Origin: an uncultured Chloroflexia bacterium
Lineage (GTDB): Bacteria; Chloroflexota; Limnocylindria; Limnocylindrales; CSP1-4
Reading direction: 5' to 3'
DNA length: 64,000 nt
NCBI GenBank assembly: GCA_963813335.1
Contig: CAWEYL010000003.1
Coordinates: forward strand, 384,001-448,000
Positions 51,105-61,474 of this stretch are shown one piece after another. The position numbers and the translations under genes are program-made. The stretch's first letter is position 1; every line of letters begins with the position of its first letter. The notes under the pieces are model-generated. The model saw only the letters and a program-made list of their open reading frames with translations, did not search any database and was not told where the DNA came from.

Positions 51105-52082
51105 CTATAGCGTGCCAGACGTCAGGTGCGCGTTCCAGCCCCCATTCGGGTCAGTCGCGCCGGCGCCAGATGCCGACCCCGAGCGCCGCGCATCCACGGT
51201 CCACGCCGCATGCCGCCAGGCGCAGGCCACGCCGGCCAGCACGAGACCGCCGATCCACAACGCCACGAACGCGATGACCGACGCGACGATCAGCAGCGGG
51301 TCGCCGGTCGAGAATCCGACCTCGACGGCGTGCCAGGCGGCGGCCGCGGCCGCGACGGACGGGACGAGCACGAGCAGCAGGCCGATCGACGGGACGGCGA
51401 ACACGACGACGGTCCGGACCGGATGCCGGAGGATGCCGGCGATCGAGCCTCGCAGTGCCCCGCCGGCCGACCGACCGTCGAGCACCGCCCGACGGGCGGC
51501 GACGCCGCCGACGATCTCGCCGAGCAGCCAGGTGACGAGCACGACGACCACGGTGCCCGGCACGGAACGGAGGACCCGCCAGGCGATCGGCGTGGCCGCG
51601 TCACCGGGGAGCGTCAGCTCGCGGTACGTGGCCGCGACGATCGCGTTGGTGCCAACGGCCAGCGCCGCGGCGAACGGCAGCATCGCGACGAGACGCGCCG
51701 CGAGGATCCGCGCCGCCACGCGGCCGTCGGTGACGCCGGTCGGGAGCGGCACCCCGCTGGCGACCTCCTCGTCGGTGGCCACGACCCGGATCAGCTCGGC
51801 CTCGGCGGCCGCGGCCAGCAGGCCGCCGCCGATGAGCCAGACGAGGAACGCGACCGCGACACCGGCGACGACCGCCACGAGTGCCGTCGACACCCCGCCG
51901 AAGACGAACGAGATCAGCAACGGCCCGACGAGGTCGGCCAGGCCGGCCGGCGTCGGGATCACCACGATCGGGACCAGGAAGACCAGCAGCCCGCCGCGGA
52001 CCAGGAAGGCCGCGAGGGCGAGGAGCCAGGTCGACGGACGAGCCAGGGTCACCAGCAGCGAGCCGGCGAGCGTGGCCCGCAT
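51105..52082 (-). CDS. Hypothetical polytopic membrane protein
   Basis: Several hydrophobic segments; closely coupled to the UPF0182 gene. Confidence 0.7.
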   Translation of the reverse strand: MRATLAGSLLVTLARPSTWLLALAAFLVRGGLLVFLVPIVVIPTPAGLADLVGPLLISFVFGGVSTALVAVVAGVAVAFLVWLIGGGLLAAAAEAELIRVVATDEEVASGVPLPTGVTDGRVAARILAARLVAMLPFAAALAVGTNAIVAATYRELTLPGDAATPIAWRVLRSVPGTVVVVLVTWLLGEIVGGVAARRAVLDGRSAGGALRGSIAGILRHPVRTVVVFAVPSIGLLLVLVPSVAAAAAAWHAVEVGFSTGDPLLIVASVIAFVALWIGGLVLAGVACAWRHAAWTVDARRSGSASGAGATDPNGGWNAHLTSGTL

Positions 52083-52084
52083 CG

Positions 52085-55000
52085 CTACTGGGCCGGGCTG
52101 GCCGACGGTGCGGGCGACGGCAGGCCGAGGGTCGGGGCCAGCTGGTCGAGGCGGTCCAGCGCCGCCTTGACCGCCGCGGTCTCGGCGCCGTAGCCGGCGA
52201 AGTCACCGGCCCGCAGGGCAGCCTGGGCCAGGTCGTAGTGGCGGTTCGCGTAGGCGATCAGCCCGGCCACGTCATCGGGCAGCGGCTCGATCGGGCCGGC
52301 CGACGCGGTCGGACCCGGCGTCGGCGTCGGTCCGGGCGTCTGCCCGGGGCTCGGCGACGGGGTGGGCGACGGCGACGGGCCGCTTCGGGCCTCGGCCGCG
52401 AGCAGGAGATCGACGGCGCCGCCGAGGGTGGGTGCCCACACCACGTTGCGGTTGGACGCCACCACGATCCGCTGGAACTGGGGGAAGGCGAGGCTGGTCG
52501 ATTTCAGGTAGACCGGCTGGAAGTAGATGATCGAATCGCCGATCGGGACCACGATCAGGTTGCCCCGGATGACCGCGCTGCCCGACTGGTTCCAGAGGGT
52601 GACCTGCTGGCTGATGATCGGGTCCTGGTCGATGCGCGCCTCGATCTGGGTCGGCCCGAAGACCGTCGATTCGGCGGGGAATCGGTAGACCCGCGTGGTC
52701 CCGCGGTTCGGCGCGTCGTTCCGGGCCGCGATCCAGGCGATCATGTTCGGCCGGTTCTCGGGAACCATCGGTTGGAGCAGCAGGAACTCCGCCTTCGACT
52801 CGCCCGGCATCCGCATGACGACGTAGTAGGCCTCGGACGGCAGCGTCTGCTCGTTGCCGGTCGAGGTCGGCACCGTCCACAGGTCGTCGGTGCGGAAGAA
52901 CTGCTGCGGGTCGGTCACGTGGTAGCGCCCGAACATGTTGGTCTGGACGTTGAACAGCTGCTCGGGGACGCGCAGGTGGCGCTGCAGGTCGGCCGGCATC
53001 TGGTCGATCGGGGTGAACAGCGTCGGGAAGACCCCCTCGTACGCTCGGACGATCGGGTCGGTCGGGTCGGCGACGTAGAAGTGCATGGTCCCGTCGTACG
53101 CGTCGACCGTGATCTTCACGCTGTTGCGGATGTAGTCGATGTCGTCGGACCCGAGCCCCGATCCGGGCAGGGCGCCCGGGTCGAAGGCCTGCGCGTTCGG
53201 GAACCGGTCCGACGTCGTGTAGGCGTCCTGGATGTAGACCAGCTCGCCCGCGAGTCGTCGACGACGAGGTACGGGTCCTTGTCGAACTTGAGGAACGGGG
53301 CGATGCGGCTGAGGCGATCCGACAGCGAGCGATGGAACAGCAGCTGGCTGTCGGCCGTGACCTGGTCGCTGATCATCAGGTCCAGGTCGCGGAAGCGCAG
53401 CGAGAACAGCAGGCGCATGAGCGTGTTGTCGAGCTTGATCCCGGTGGTCCCGGTCCAGCGCGTCTCGGTGCCATTGGCCGAGGAGGCGTCGCCCGCGCCG
53501 GTCGGGAAGTCGAACTCGGCCTGCTTGGCGCCGACCACGACGTAATCGGACGGCCGCTCCCCGAAGTAGATACGCGGCTGGGTGATCGCCGGCGCGCCGC
53601 TGACGGAACGCGGTGGGAGATCGCTGATGAACAGGTCCGGCTGGCCGTCGTTGGTGACCTCGTTGACGGGCACCATCGCGACGCCGATCCCGTGCGTGTA
53701 GACGATCCGCTGGTTGACCCAGCCGGTCGCGTTGGGGTTCTGCTCGAGCGCGAGCTCTCGTCCGGAGAGCATGACCTGGCGCTCGTCGCCGGCGATCGTG
53801 TACCGGTCGGTGTCGACGTCCGTGAAGTCGTAATAGCGGCGGATCGTCTGGAGCTGGTCCAGCGTGTCCTGGAGCGGCCGGTAGTCCCAGAGCCGGGCGT
53901 TCTGGAAGGTGTCCGGCTCCGAATCGACGAGCGCCTGGGTCAGCGGCTGATCGCCCTTGAACGGTGGGTTCTCCCAGCCTTCCAGGCCGTAGGCGAGGCG
54001 GGTCATCGCGATGTTGTTGGCGATATACGGCTGCTCCTGGGCGAACTTGTTCGGTTCGACCGAGAGCCGCTGGATGGCCCACGGGTAGACCTGGCCGACG
54101 GCCAGCGAGGCGATGAACCAGACGGCCACGGTCAGCCCGAGCGGCCAGACGTAGCGCGTGAACGCCGCCCCGACGAGGAGTGCGGCGGCGAGCCCGGAGA
54201 TCACCGTCAGCACGTCGAAGGCGAAGAACTGCGCGTGCTGGTCCGTGAAGCTCACGCCGGTCGCCACGCCGCGGGTGCTGTACACCAGCTCGTACTTGTC
54301 GAGCTGGTAGCCGAAGGCGACCGACAGCAGGAACAGCCCGCCGAGCACGGCGATGTGGACGCGGACCGGCGTCGAGAAGACCAGGCCGCCGCGCGCCGCG
54401 CCGACGAGGTACCGGGCGCCGACCACGATGAGCGAGCCGATCACCAGCGCATTGAAGAGGCCCTGCATCAGGCGCAGGAACGGGAGCTGGAACAGGAAGA
54501 AGCCGATGTCGCGGCCGAAGATCGGGTCCGTGACCGCCGCCGCGCCGGCGGGCGCGAACGGGACCTGGTGGGCCCACAGCAGGATGGTCTCCCACGCCGC
54601 CGCGAGCGAGCCGCCGATGGTCAGCGCGAGCAGCCCCGAGACGATGACGAGCCCGACCCCGGCGATCGGCGTCAGGTCCGGCAGGTCGTCGGCATCGAAG
54701 ACGATGGTCCGCGGCTCGCCGAAGCCCGGCGATCCCGGACGTCGTCGGCCGCCGGCACTGGAGCTTGCCGCGTCGTTGACCCGGTCGATGATGCCGCGCA
54801 GGCTCGACGGCCCGGTCCCCGGCGGCGGGCTGAGCCGGTTCGCGATCGCCAGGTTGCCGAGCAGGACCACGAGCGCGAGGGCGAGGCCGCCGATGAACAG
54901 CAGCGCCTGGGCGCCGACCCGGGTCCAGAAGACGCCGTCGAAGTGGATGCTGGCGTACCACAGGGCGTCGGTCCACAGGTCGATGCCGAAGCTGAACAGC

Positions 55001-55320
55001 AGGAAGAGCGCGATCAGCGCGGCGAGGATGACCCACAGGCCGATGCGCCGGCCGCGCCCGGAGCGGGCGCCGTCGTCGGGGCCGCCAGGCGCGCGCCGGC
55101 GCCGGATGTGCTCCGGCGGGGGCCGCTCGGCGTCGTCCGAGGACGCCTCGTCGTCGCCGTGCTCCTGGTCGGCGTCGTCGTCGTCCCGGTCGTCGTCGTC
55201 GGTGTCCGGCTCGTCGGGGTCGCGCTCGTCCGGCGGCTTCGGGGTGGGGTCCGGCTCGCCGCGCGCCTGTGCTTCGCGGCGGCGCAGCTCCTCGAGGAAG
55301 TCGTCGAACATGTCACGCAT
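52085..55320 (-). CDS. UPF0182 family membrane protein; frameshift near 53252
   Basis: DPIFGRDIGFFLFQLP, NARLWD, YTHG, DAYTT, YIRNSVK, RGNLIVVP, QPVYL. Confidence 0.92.
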
Positions 55321-55348
55321 CGTCCGCGGAGTCTAGTCGGTATCGGCG

Positions 55349-55807
55349 TCAGGGCCGGTGCAGGCCCTCGATCGACGTGCGGAACGCCGCCAGGACGGTC
55401 TCCGCGAGCTCGTTCGGGCGCATCGCCGCGGCGCGGGCCGGCTCGAACCGGAAGGCCGCGCGGATGACCAACGCCGTCCGCCACGGCCGGGTCGGGTCGT
55501 CGGGCGGGGCGAGGGTCCCGAGGCGCAGCTGGAGGCGGCCCTCGTCCTCGAGGATCAGCCCTGACAGCGCCCCGGCGATCGAGGGCCCCAGGCGGGCGAG
55601 CGGCGGATCCGGCGGCGGGCCGGCGGTCGGGGCGACATCGCGGAAGCTCACGATCCCCTCGTCGTCGGCGACCCAGACGATCGCCAGCCACCAGCCGTCG
55701 GGGGCGTCGGTCGGTCGGGACATCCCGGCGCGCAGCCGCCGGTCGCCGATCCGGACCTCGTGCTCGCGCAGGAACGACGGGCCGGGCGGAGGGAGGCGTT
55801 CGGGCAC
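55349..55807 (-). CDS. Hypothetical protein
   Basis: Globular-looking 152-aa C-terminal part of ORF 55349..56101; TATCCT 6 nt before GTG. Confidence 0.65.
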   Translation of the reverse strand: MPERLPPPGPSFLREHEVRIGDRRLRAGMSRPTDAPDGWWLAIVWVADDEGIVSFRDVAPTAGPPPDPPLARLGPSIAGALSGLILEDEGRLQLRLGTLAPPDDPTRPWRTALVIRAAFRFEPARAAAMRPNELAETVLAAFRTSIEGLHRP

Positions 55808-55841
55808 GCGGGCAGGATAGCCGGGCGCGGGCCGGGACCGG

Positions 55842-56471
55842 TCAGGCGGGGGTGTCGCCCTCGGCGGCGGCGGTCTCGGCGGCGCCATCGGCGGTCTCGG
55901 CGGCCGCGGCCTCCGTCTCGGTCGCACCATCCGCGGTCTCGGTCGCGGCGGCCGTCGTCTCGGCGGCCGCGGCGGCGGCTTCCTTGGCCGCAGCGTCGCT
56001 GGCCTCGCCGACCTCGTCGATCGCCTGCTCCGCGGCGGCACCGATCCCGGCGATCTCCGCCGCGTCCGGGAACTCGACGACGCGCCCTTCGAGGGCCGCA
56101 TCGGTCTGCATCGCGACGGCCTCCGCCTGGAGGTTCGCGATGTCGGCCTGGATCCGCAGCTTCAGCATCTCGCGCTTGACCGCGGGGTCCGGCGGGGCGA
56201 TGGCACCGGCCTCGGCCGGGGTGATGGTGTCATCGGGCACCTCGCCGCCGAACCACGACAGGAGGCGGCTCCGCTGCCGGCTGGGCGTCTTGGCGCGGAT
56301 GATCGCCTCGGCGTCGATGGCGGTCAGCCCGGGGAGCGACTGCTCCGTGCCCGTCGTCAGGGCGGCGTGGCACGACGGGCAGACCTCGACGTCGGGCTTG
56401 GGGAGTACCGCGGAGCACCACGGGCAGATGGACGCCGCGGTGTCGTCGCCGTCGGTCATGGGCTCGGTCAC
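55842..56471 (-). CDS. Zinc-ribbon protein with helical segment and acidic Ala/Glu/Thr repeat tail
   Basis: CPWC...CPSC; repeats of AAETADGA type. Confidence 0.75.
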   Translation of the reverse strand: MTEPMTDGDDTAASICPWCSAVLPKPDVEVCPSCHAALTTGTEQSLPGLTAIDAEAIIRAKTPSRQRSRLLSWFGGEVPDDTITPAEAGAIAPPDPAVKREMLKLRIQADIANLQAEAVAMQTDAALEGRVVEFPDAAEIAGIGAAAEQAIDEVGEASDAAAKEAAAAAAETTAAATETADGATETEAAAAETADGAAETAAAEGDTPA

Positions 56472-56542
56472 TCCTTCATGCTAGCCGCGGGTCCCGCGTG
56501 GGCCATGGCCCATCCGTCAGGGGCGTCGCGGCACCGCTATGA

Positions 56543-58297
56543 CTACTCCCACTCGATGGTCGCCGGGGGCTTGGAGCTGATGTCGTAGACGACCCGGTTG
56601 ACGCCGGGGACCTCGTTGACGATGCGCGAGGAGATCTTGCCGAGCACGTCGTAGGGCAGCTTGGCCCAGTCCGCCGTCATCCCGTCCTCGCTCGTCACCG
56701 CCCGGATCGCCACCACGTTCGCGTAGGTCCGCCCGTCGCCCATCACCCCGACGCTGCGCACCGGGGTCAGGATCGCGAAGCTCTGCCACAGGCTGCGGTA
56801 CAGGCCGGCGCCCTTGATCTCGTCGATGACGATCCAGTCCGCCTCGCGCAGCGTGTCCAGCCGCTCGGCGGTGACCTCGCCGATGATGCGGATCGCCAGC
56901 CCCGGACCCGGGAACGGCTGGCGCAGGACCATCGCGTCGGGCAGGCCCAGCTCCGTGCCCACCCGGCGGACCTCGTCCTTGAACAGGTAGCGCAGCGGCT
57001 CGATCAGCTGGAAGCGCAGGTCGGCCGGCAGCCCGCCGACGTTGTGGTGGGTCTTGATCTTCTGGGCGGCCTTGGTCTCCGACGTCGCCGACTCGATGAC
57101 GTCCGGGTAGAGCGTGCCCTGGGTCAGGAAGTCGATCCGGCCGAGCTTGGCCGCCTCCTCCTCGAAGACGCGGATGAACTCGTCGCCGATGATCCGCCGC
57201 TTCTGCTCGGGATCCTCGACCCCGGCCAGGCGGGCCAGGAACCGCTCGCGGGCGTCGACCATGACCAGGCGCATCCCGAGGTCGCGCTCGAAGGTGACGC
57301 GGAGCAGCTCCGACTCCTGCTTGCGCATCAGGCCGTGGTCCACGTAGATGCAGGTCAGGCGATCGCCGACCGCGCGATGGACCAGCGCGGCCGCCACCGC
57401 CGAGTCGACGCCGCCCGACAGCGCGCAGATGACGAGGCCGTCCGAGCCGGTCTCGGCCGCGTGACGGTCCACGCGCTCGCGGATGCCGGCGACGGTCGTG
57501 TCGATGAAGTTGGCGGCCGTCCAGTCGGGCTCCACGCCGGCGATCCCGACCACGAAGTTGCGCAGCACGTCGCGGCCGCGCGGCGTGTGGACCACCTCGG
57601 GGTGGAACTGGATCCCGTAGAGGTTGCGCTCCGGCGCGGCCAGGCCGGCGTACGGGTTCGAATCGGTCTGGGCGGTCCCGGTGAAGCCCTCCGGCAGCCG
57701 GGTGATCGAGTCGCCGTGGCTCATCCACACGGGCTGCTCGCGGTCGATGCCCTGGAAGAGGCCGTCCGCGGTGGTGATGCTGACGTTGGCCGGGCCGTAC
57801 TCGCGCTTGTCCGCCGCGAGGACGTCGCCGCCGAGCTCGTGGGCCATCAGCTGCGCGCCGTAGCAGATGCCGAGGACCGGGATCTTCCCGTTCCAGACGG
57901 CCGGGTCGGGCCGCGGCGCCTCGGCGTCGTAGACCGACATCGGGCCGCCCGAGAGGATGATCGCGCGTGCCCCGCGACGCTCCAGCTCCTCGTACGGGGT
58001 GTCGTGCGGCAGCAGCTCCGAGTAGACGTCGAGCTCGCGCACCCGGCGCGCGATCAGCTGCGCGAACTGGCTGCCGAAGTCGAGGACGACGACCGTGCCG
58101 GGCGCGCGGGTCGTGGCGCCGCTGGGTCGGTCGTCGGGGGAGCGGTCCGGGGCCGGGGCCTTGAGCGCCGTCTCGAGGTAGGCCTCCACCTCGGCGTCGT
58201 CCGGGGCGAGGACCCGGTGGCCGGCGTTCGCCGCCTCGCCGTGGACCGTCTTGCCCCGCTGTGGATGTGCCGAGTCAGCCCCCTCGCCGTCCGCCAA
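56543..58297 (-). CDS. guaA: GMP synthase (glutamine-hydrolysing)
   Basis: [41 protein letters not shown]; start uncertain. Confidence 0.96.
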   Translation of the reverse strand: MADGEGADSAHPQRGKTVHGEAANAGHRVLAPDDAEVEAYLETALKAPAPDRSPDDRPSGATTRAPGTVVVLDFGSQFAQLIARRVRELDVYSELLPHDTPYEELERRGARAIILSGGPMSVYDAEAPRPDPAVWNGKIPVLGICYGAQLMAHELGGDVLAADKREYGPANVSITTADGLFQGIDREQPVWMSHGDSITRLPEGFTGTAQTDSNPYAGLAAPERNLYGIQFHPEVVHTPRGRDVLRNFVVGIAGVEPDWTAANFIDTTVAGIRERVDRHAAETGSDGLVICALSGGVDSAVAAALVHRAVGDRLTCIYVDHGLMRKQESELLRVTFERDLGMRLVMVDARERFLARLAGVEDPEQKRRIIGDEFIRVFEEEAAKLGRIDFLTQGTLYPDVIESATSETKAAQKIKTHHNVGGLPADLRFQLIEPLRYLFKDEVRRVGTELGLPDAMVLRQPFPGPGLAIRIIGEVTAERLDTLREADWIVIDEIKGAGLYRSLWQSFAILTPVRSVGVMGDGRTYANVVAIRAVTSEDGMTADWAKLPYDVLGKISSRIVNEVPGVNRVVYDISSKPPATIEWE

Positions 58298-58399
58298 TGT
58301 CGCCTCCCCGTCGCGCCTCGCCTCGGGCCACGCCGCCCGTGGTGACAGTGTACCGGGCCGGGCCCGGCCATCGACGGGTGCGCTCCGGCGCCGCCCCGC

Positions 58400-58795
58400 T
58401 CAGTCGCGGTTGCGCATCGCCTCCGCGGCCATCTCGAAGTAGCGCCCGAGGTCCGCGGCGACGTCGCGCGGCGGGGCCATCCCCTCGACGGCCGCGTGCA
58501 TGTGGACGAGCCAGCGGTCGCGCTCGGCGGGCCCGATCGCGAAAGGTGCGTGGCGCATCCGCAGCCGCGGGTGGCCGCGCTCCTGGTCGTAGGTCGTCGG
58601 GCCGCCCCAGTACTGGGCGAGGAAGAGCGTCAGGCGGTGCCGGGCGCCGGCGAGGTCGGCCTCGGGATAGATCGGGCGGAGGAGCGGGTCGGCCTCGACG
58701 CCCTCGTAGAAGCGGTCGACCAGGCCCTCGAAGAACGGCATCCCGCCGGCGCGGACGTAGAGGCGCTCGGGGGTGGAGGGATCGGCCGTCGTCAC
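58400..58795 (-). CDS. Group II truncated hemoglobin (trHbO-like)
   Basis: LVDRFY, FLAQYWGGP, GHPRLRMRHAPF, RDRWL. Confidence 0.92.
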   Translation of the reverse strand: MTTADPSTPERLYVRAGGMPFFEGLVDRFYEGVEADPLLRPIYPEADLAGARHRLTLFLAQYWGGPTTYDQERGHPRLRMRHAPFAIGPAERDRWLVHMHAAVEGMAPPRDVAADLGRYFEMAAEAMRNRD

Positions 58796-59009
58796 GGCCC
58801 GAGTCTAGCGGGGCCGGGCGGCCATCGGGTCCGGCAGTCCGGTTTCGCTGCTCCGCGGCCGCTTCTCCCGTCTGACGGACCGGGCGATGCACGACGAGCG
58901 GTCCATGGGTCCGGGGTCGCTGCGTGAAGCGCCCCCAGCGAAGCATCACGCAGCCAGAGCGGACTCCGAAGCCGCGTGGGGCCGAGGCCGGCTCGCGCGG
59001 CGCCGACGG

Positions 59010-59126
59010 CTAGCGGGTGTGGCGCTGGTGTCGACGCGTTCGCCCGTCGCCGGCGAGGTGCGGGGCCGCGAGGTCCAGCATCACGAGGGCTCCGAGGGCG
59101 ATGACCAGGAGGTTGACGGCGTCCAT
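59010..59126 (-). CDS. Putative 38-aa single-TM microprotein MDAVNLLVIALGALVMLDLAAPHLAGDGRTRRHQRHTR
   Basis: Translated by hand (below the ORF-track cutoff); hydrophobic N-terminal helix, basic tail, GC-ending codons. Confidence 0.55.
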   Translation of the reverse strand: MDAVNLLVIALGALVMLDLAAPHLAGDGRTRRHQRHTR

Positions 59127-59174
59127 GCCCGACACGATGGACCGGGCCGTCGCAGATGTCCTCCGGCGAGCGTG

Positions 59175-59197
59175 GTCATCCGCTCGCGACGGATGAC
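59175..59197. promoter_or_regulatory. Palindromic operator-like site GTCATCCG-N7-CGGATGAC
   Basis: Perfect 8-bp inverted repeat upstream of the microprotein gene. Confidence 0.5.
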
Positions 59198-59273
59198 GTA
59201 GAAGCCGCCGGCTGGGCCGGCGGCTCCACGATCTGCGTGGGTCCGGCGGTGCGACCGCCGCGCGGACCGTGCC

Positions 59274-59771
59274 CTAGGCGGCGGCTGCGGCCCCGGCCTT
59301 GGCGCGCCACCCGGTGTCGACCGTCTGCCGGGTGCCCCGCCACGCGAACCGCGCGGCGACCGCCCACAGGCCGATCATCCAGATCATCAGGCCCAGGCCC
59401 TGCGCCTTGGCCACGCCCGCAGGGAGCGAGCTGGTCGCGCCGATCGGGTCGAGTCGCGTCAGCGTCACGAGGATGCCGTAGGCCGCGACACCGATGCCGA
59501 TGCCGGCGAGGTAGGCGACCAGCCGGCCGCTCCACGCCCGGCCCCGGATGAGGCCCACGACGGCGACCATGTGGGCGATGCCGAAGGCGACCGTCGGGAT
59601 GACCAGGATGCTCCGGGTCGTCGGGTCGATCGAGGCCGCCGGCAGCGCGACCAGGCCGATGCCAAGCACCGCCGCTCCGGCGAGGAACGTCGTGAAGGCG
59701 GCGAAGCCACGGGTCCCGCGACGGCGCGGATCGGCGATCAGGGTCGGGGCGGTTCGGGTCGACGTGCTCAC
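59274..59771 (-). CDS. Hypothetical 4-TM membrane protein
   Basis: RBS AGGAG before GTG; four hydrophobic segments. Confidence 0.7.
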   Translation of the reverse strand: MSTSTRTAPTLIADPRRRGTRGFAAFTTFLAGAAVLGIGLVALPAASIDPTTRSILVIPTVAFGIAHMVAVVGLIRGRAWSGRLVAYLAGIGIGVAAYGILVTLTRLDPIGATSSLPAGVAKAQGLGLMIWMIGLWAVAARFAWRGTRQTVDTGWRAKAGAAAAA

Positions 59772-59803
59772 GAGGGTCTCCTGTCGGTTCGATGCGATGA
59801 CGG

Positions 59804-60284
59804 TCAGGCGGCCGCGCCGGCGACCGGAGCGCTGCTGCGGCGGCCGCCCGTGGCGCGAGCCACGAGCGACGGCGACCACGACGGCGGCGAAGATGGCGGT
59901 GAAGGTCCCGACGATCTCGAGGCCATCGAGGGCCCGGTCGGACGGGACGGCGGCGAACGGATCGTTGCCGAGGACCAGCAGCACCAGGGCGGCGAGGCCG
60001 ATCACGGTGGCGGACCCGGCGACGACGAACGCCGCGATGTCGGCCTTGGGATGGTCGAGCATCAGCGCGAACCCGACGATCACGGCGACCAGGGCGAAGG
60101 CGCCGACGAACGGGGTCAGGGCGACCATGTCGTCCAGCAGCGCCTTGTCGGCGACGCTGATCGCGAAGTCGCGCGTGTCGATGACCCAGCGGGCCACCGC
60201 GATGCCGAAGGCGGTGAGTCCGGTCAGGGCGCCGCCGGCGACGAGGATGAGTCCGGCGAGGAAGCGGGGGAATGAGGCGGTCAT
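59804..60284 (-). CDS. Hypothetical 4-TM membrane protein; appears fused to the next gene by a probable indel near 59850
   Basis: MTASFPRFLAG...; an alternative frame ends ...VAGAAA-stop at 59804, just ahead of the next RBS. Confidence 0.6.
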
Positions 60285-60307
60285 GGTGTGTGGTCTTCCT
60301 TCTGGTT

Positions 60308-60544
60308 CTAGATGACGACGGCGTGGTCGAGGACGCCTGGCAGGCGCCACTCGGGGTCGGCGTCGATGACGCGGTTGGCGGTCTCGCCGTTGTGGCGAGC
60401 CACGGCGGCGAAGAAACGAGCCCGGCGGTGCGACACGATCCGGGCGTCCTTGCACGGGCAGCCCTCGACGAGGCAGCCGCTCCGAAGCGTGGCGGCGGGG
60501 GCGAACACGATCGGCTCGGTCCGAAGCTGATTCGGGTGGAACAT
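60308..60544 (-). CDS. Small hypothetical protein with a CxxxxCxC motif
   Basis: RBS GGAAGGAG; MFHPNQ...GCLVEGCPCKDARIVSHRR... Confidence 0.7.
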   Translation of the reverse strand: MFHPNQLRTEPIVFAPAATLRSGCLVEGCPCKDARIVSHRRARFFAAVARHNGETANRVIDADPEWRLPGVLDHAVVI

Positions 60545-60651
60545 CGCAGCTGACTCCTTCCTGTCGGTCCGGGATGGCCCGATGACCAGAGGATGGGATC
60601 GGCGCATGGCGGCGGGCATGGTCGAGCGCCCGCAACGCGGATGGACGGATG

Positions 60652-61107
60652 TCAGCCCTGGGCGGCCGACTCCAGGCGGATCCGGAATGCCGCGAGGTCG
60701 AGGGCGGCCGCGCGCCTGACCTGCGGCGCCGCCATCGATTCGAAGGCGCGGTACTTGAGCGGCAGCCCGACCGTGAGGCGCCAGCGCAGGGTGCAGCCTG
60801 TCGCCGTCGGTTCGATGGTCGCGTCGATGTCGATGGAGACCCCACTGGCGTCCTTGCCGGTCACGGCGAACCGGCTCGGCGCCTCGAGCGCGATCACGCG
60901 GGCCTCGAGCGTCGCCGAACGGCCGGCGACGCGCTGGTCGATCCGGAGCGTCGAGCCGGTCGCGAGGTCGCCGGCGGTCAGCCGCTCGACGCGGACGATG
61001 CCGCTGGCGATCAGCCAGGTCGGCCAGTGTTCGACGTCGACGAGCTTGGCGAACGCCTCGCCCGGCGGCCGCGCCACGACGACGTCCTGCTCGAGGGTGA
61101 TCGCCAT
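60652..61107 (-). CDS. SRPBCC (START-like) family protein
   Basis: VVVARPPGEAFAKLVDVEHWPTW. Confidence 0.85.
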   Translation of the reverse strand: MAITLEQDVVVARPPGEAFAKLVDVEHWPTWLIASGIVRVERLTAGDLATGSTLRIDQRVAGRSATLEARVIALEAPSRFAVTGKDASGVSIDIDATIEPTATGCTLRWRLTVGLPLKYRAFESMAAPQVRRAAALDLAAFRIRLESAAQG

Positions 61108-61445
61108 CAGCCAGATGCCCGTGGGACGAGCCGGAAGGACGGCCCACGGCCGAGCCCCTCGGACGGCGTCCCGTAGCGCAGGATCAGCTCGCGGATGGCG
61201 TGGGCGTGGTCGGCACCCTCGAGCGGGATCGCCGTGGCGTCGAACGAGCGCTCCCCCACCGTCACGCGGCAGTCCGGATCGGCGAGCAGGTTCTCGCCCC
61301 ACTTCGAGTCGGTGTTCGCCGCCACCAGGAACGAGCCGTCGTCCGCTTCGATGAAGCCCACGGTCGCCGCCCGCTCCTCGCCGGTGCGCCGTCCGCGCGT
61401 CACGATCCGGAGGACGCGCCCATGGGCGACCAGGTCGGCGTTCAT
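61107..61445 (-). CDS. Deazaflavin (F420)-dependent nitroreductase family protein
   Basis: TRGRRTGEER, WGENLLADP, PSFRL. Confidence 0.82.
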   Translation of the reverse strand: MNADLVAHGRVLRIVTRGRRTGEERAATVGFIEADDGSFLVAANTDSKWGENLLADPDCRVTVGERSFDATAIPLEGADHAHAIRELILRYGTPSEGLGRGPSFRLVPRASG

Positions 61446-61474
61446 CGCCGGTCGGGGATCGGACGGCGGGGACG

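Noticed and set aside
59274-60845. 523-aa ORF as a single protein
   Set aside because: Its N-terminal part is off-frame to the SRPBCC and Cys-protein genes; internal RBS/start pairs indicate separate genes
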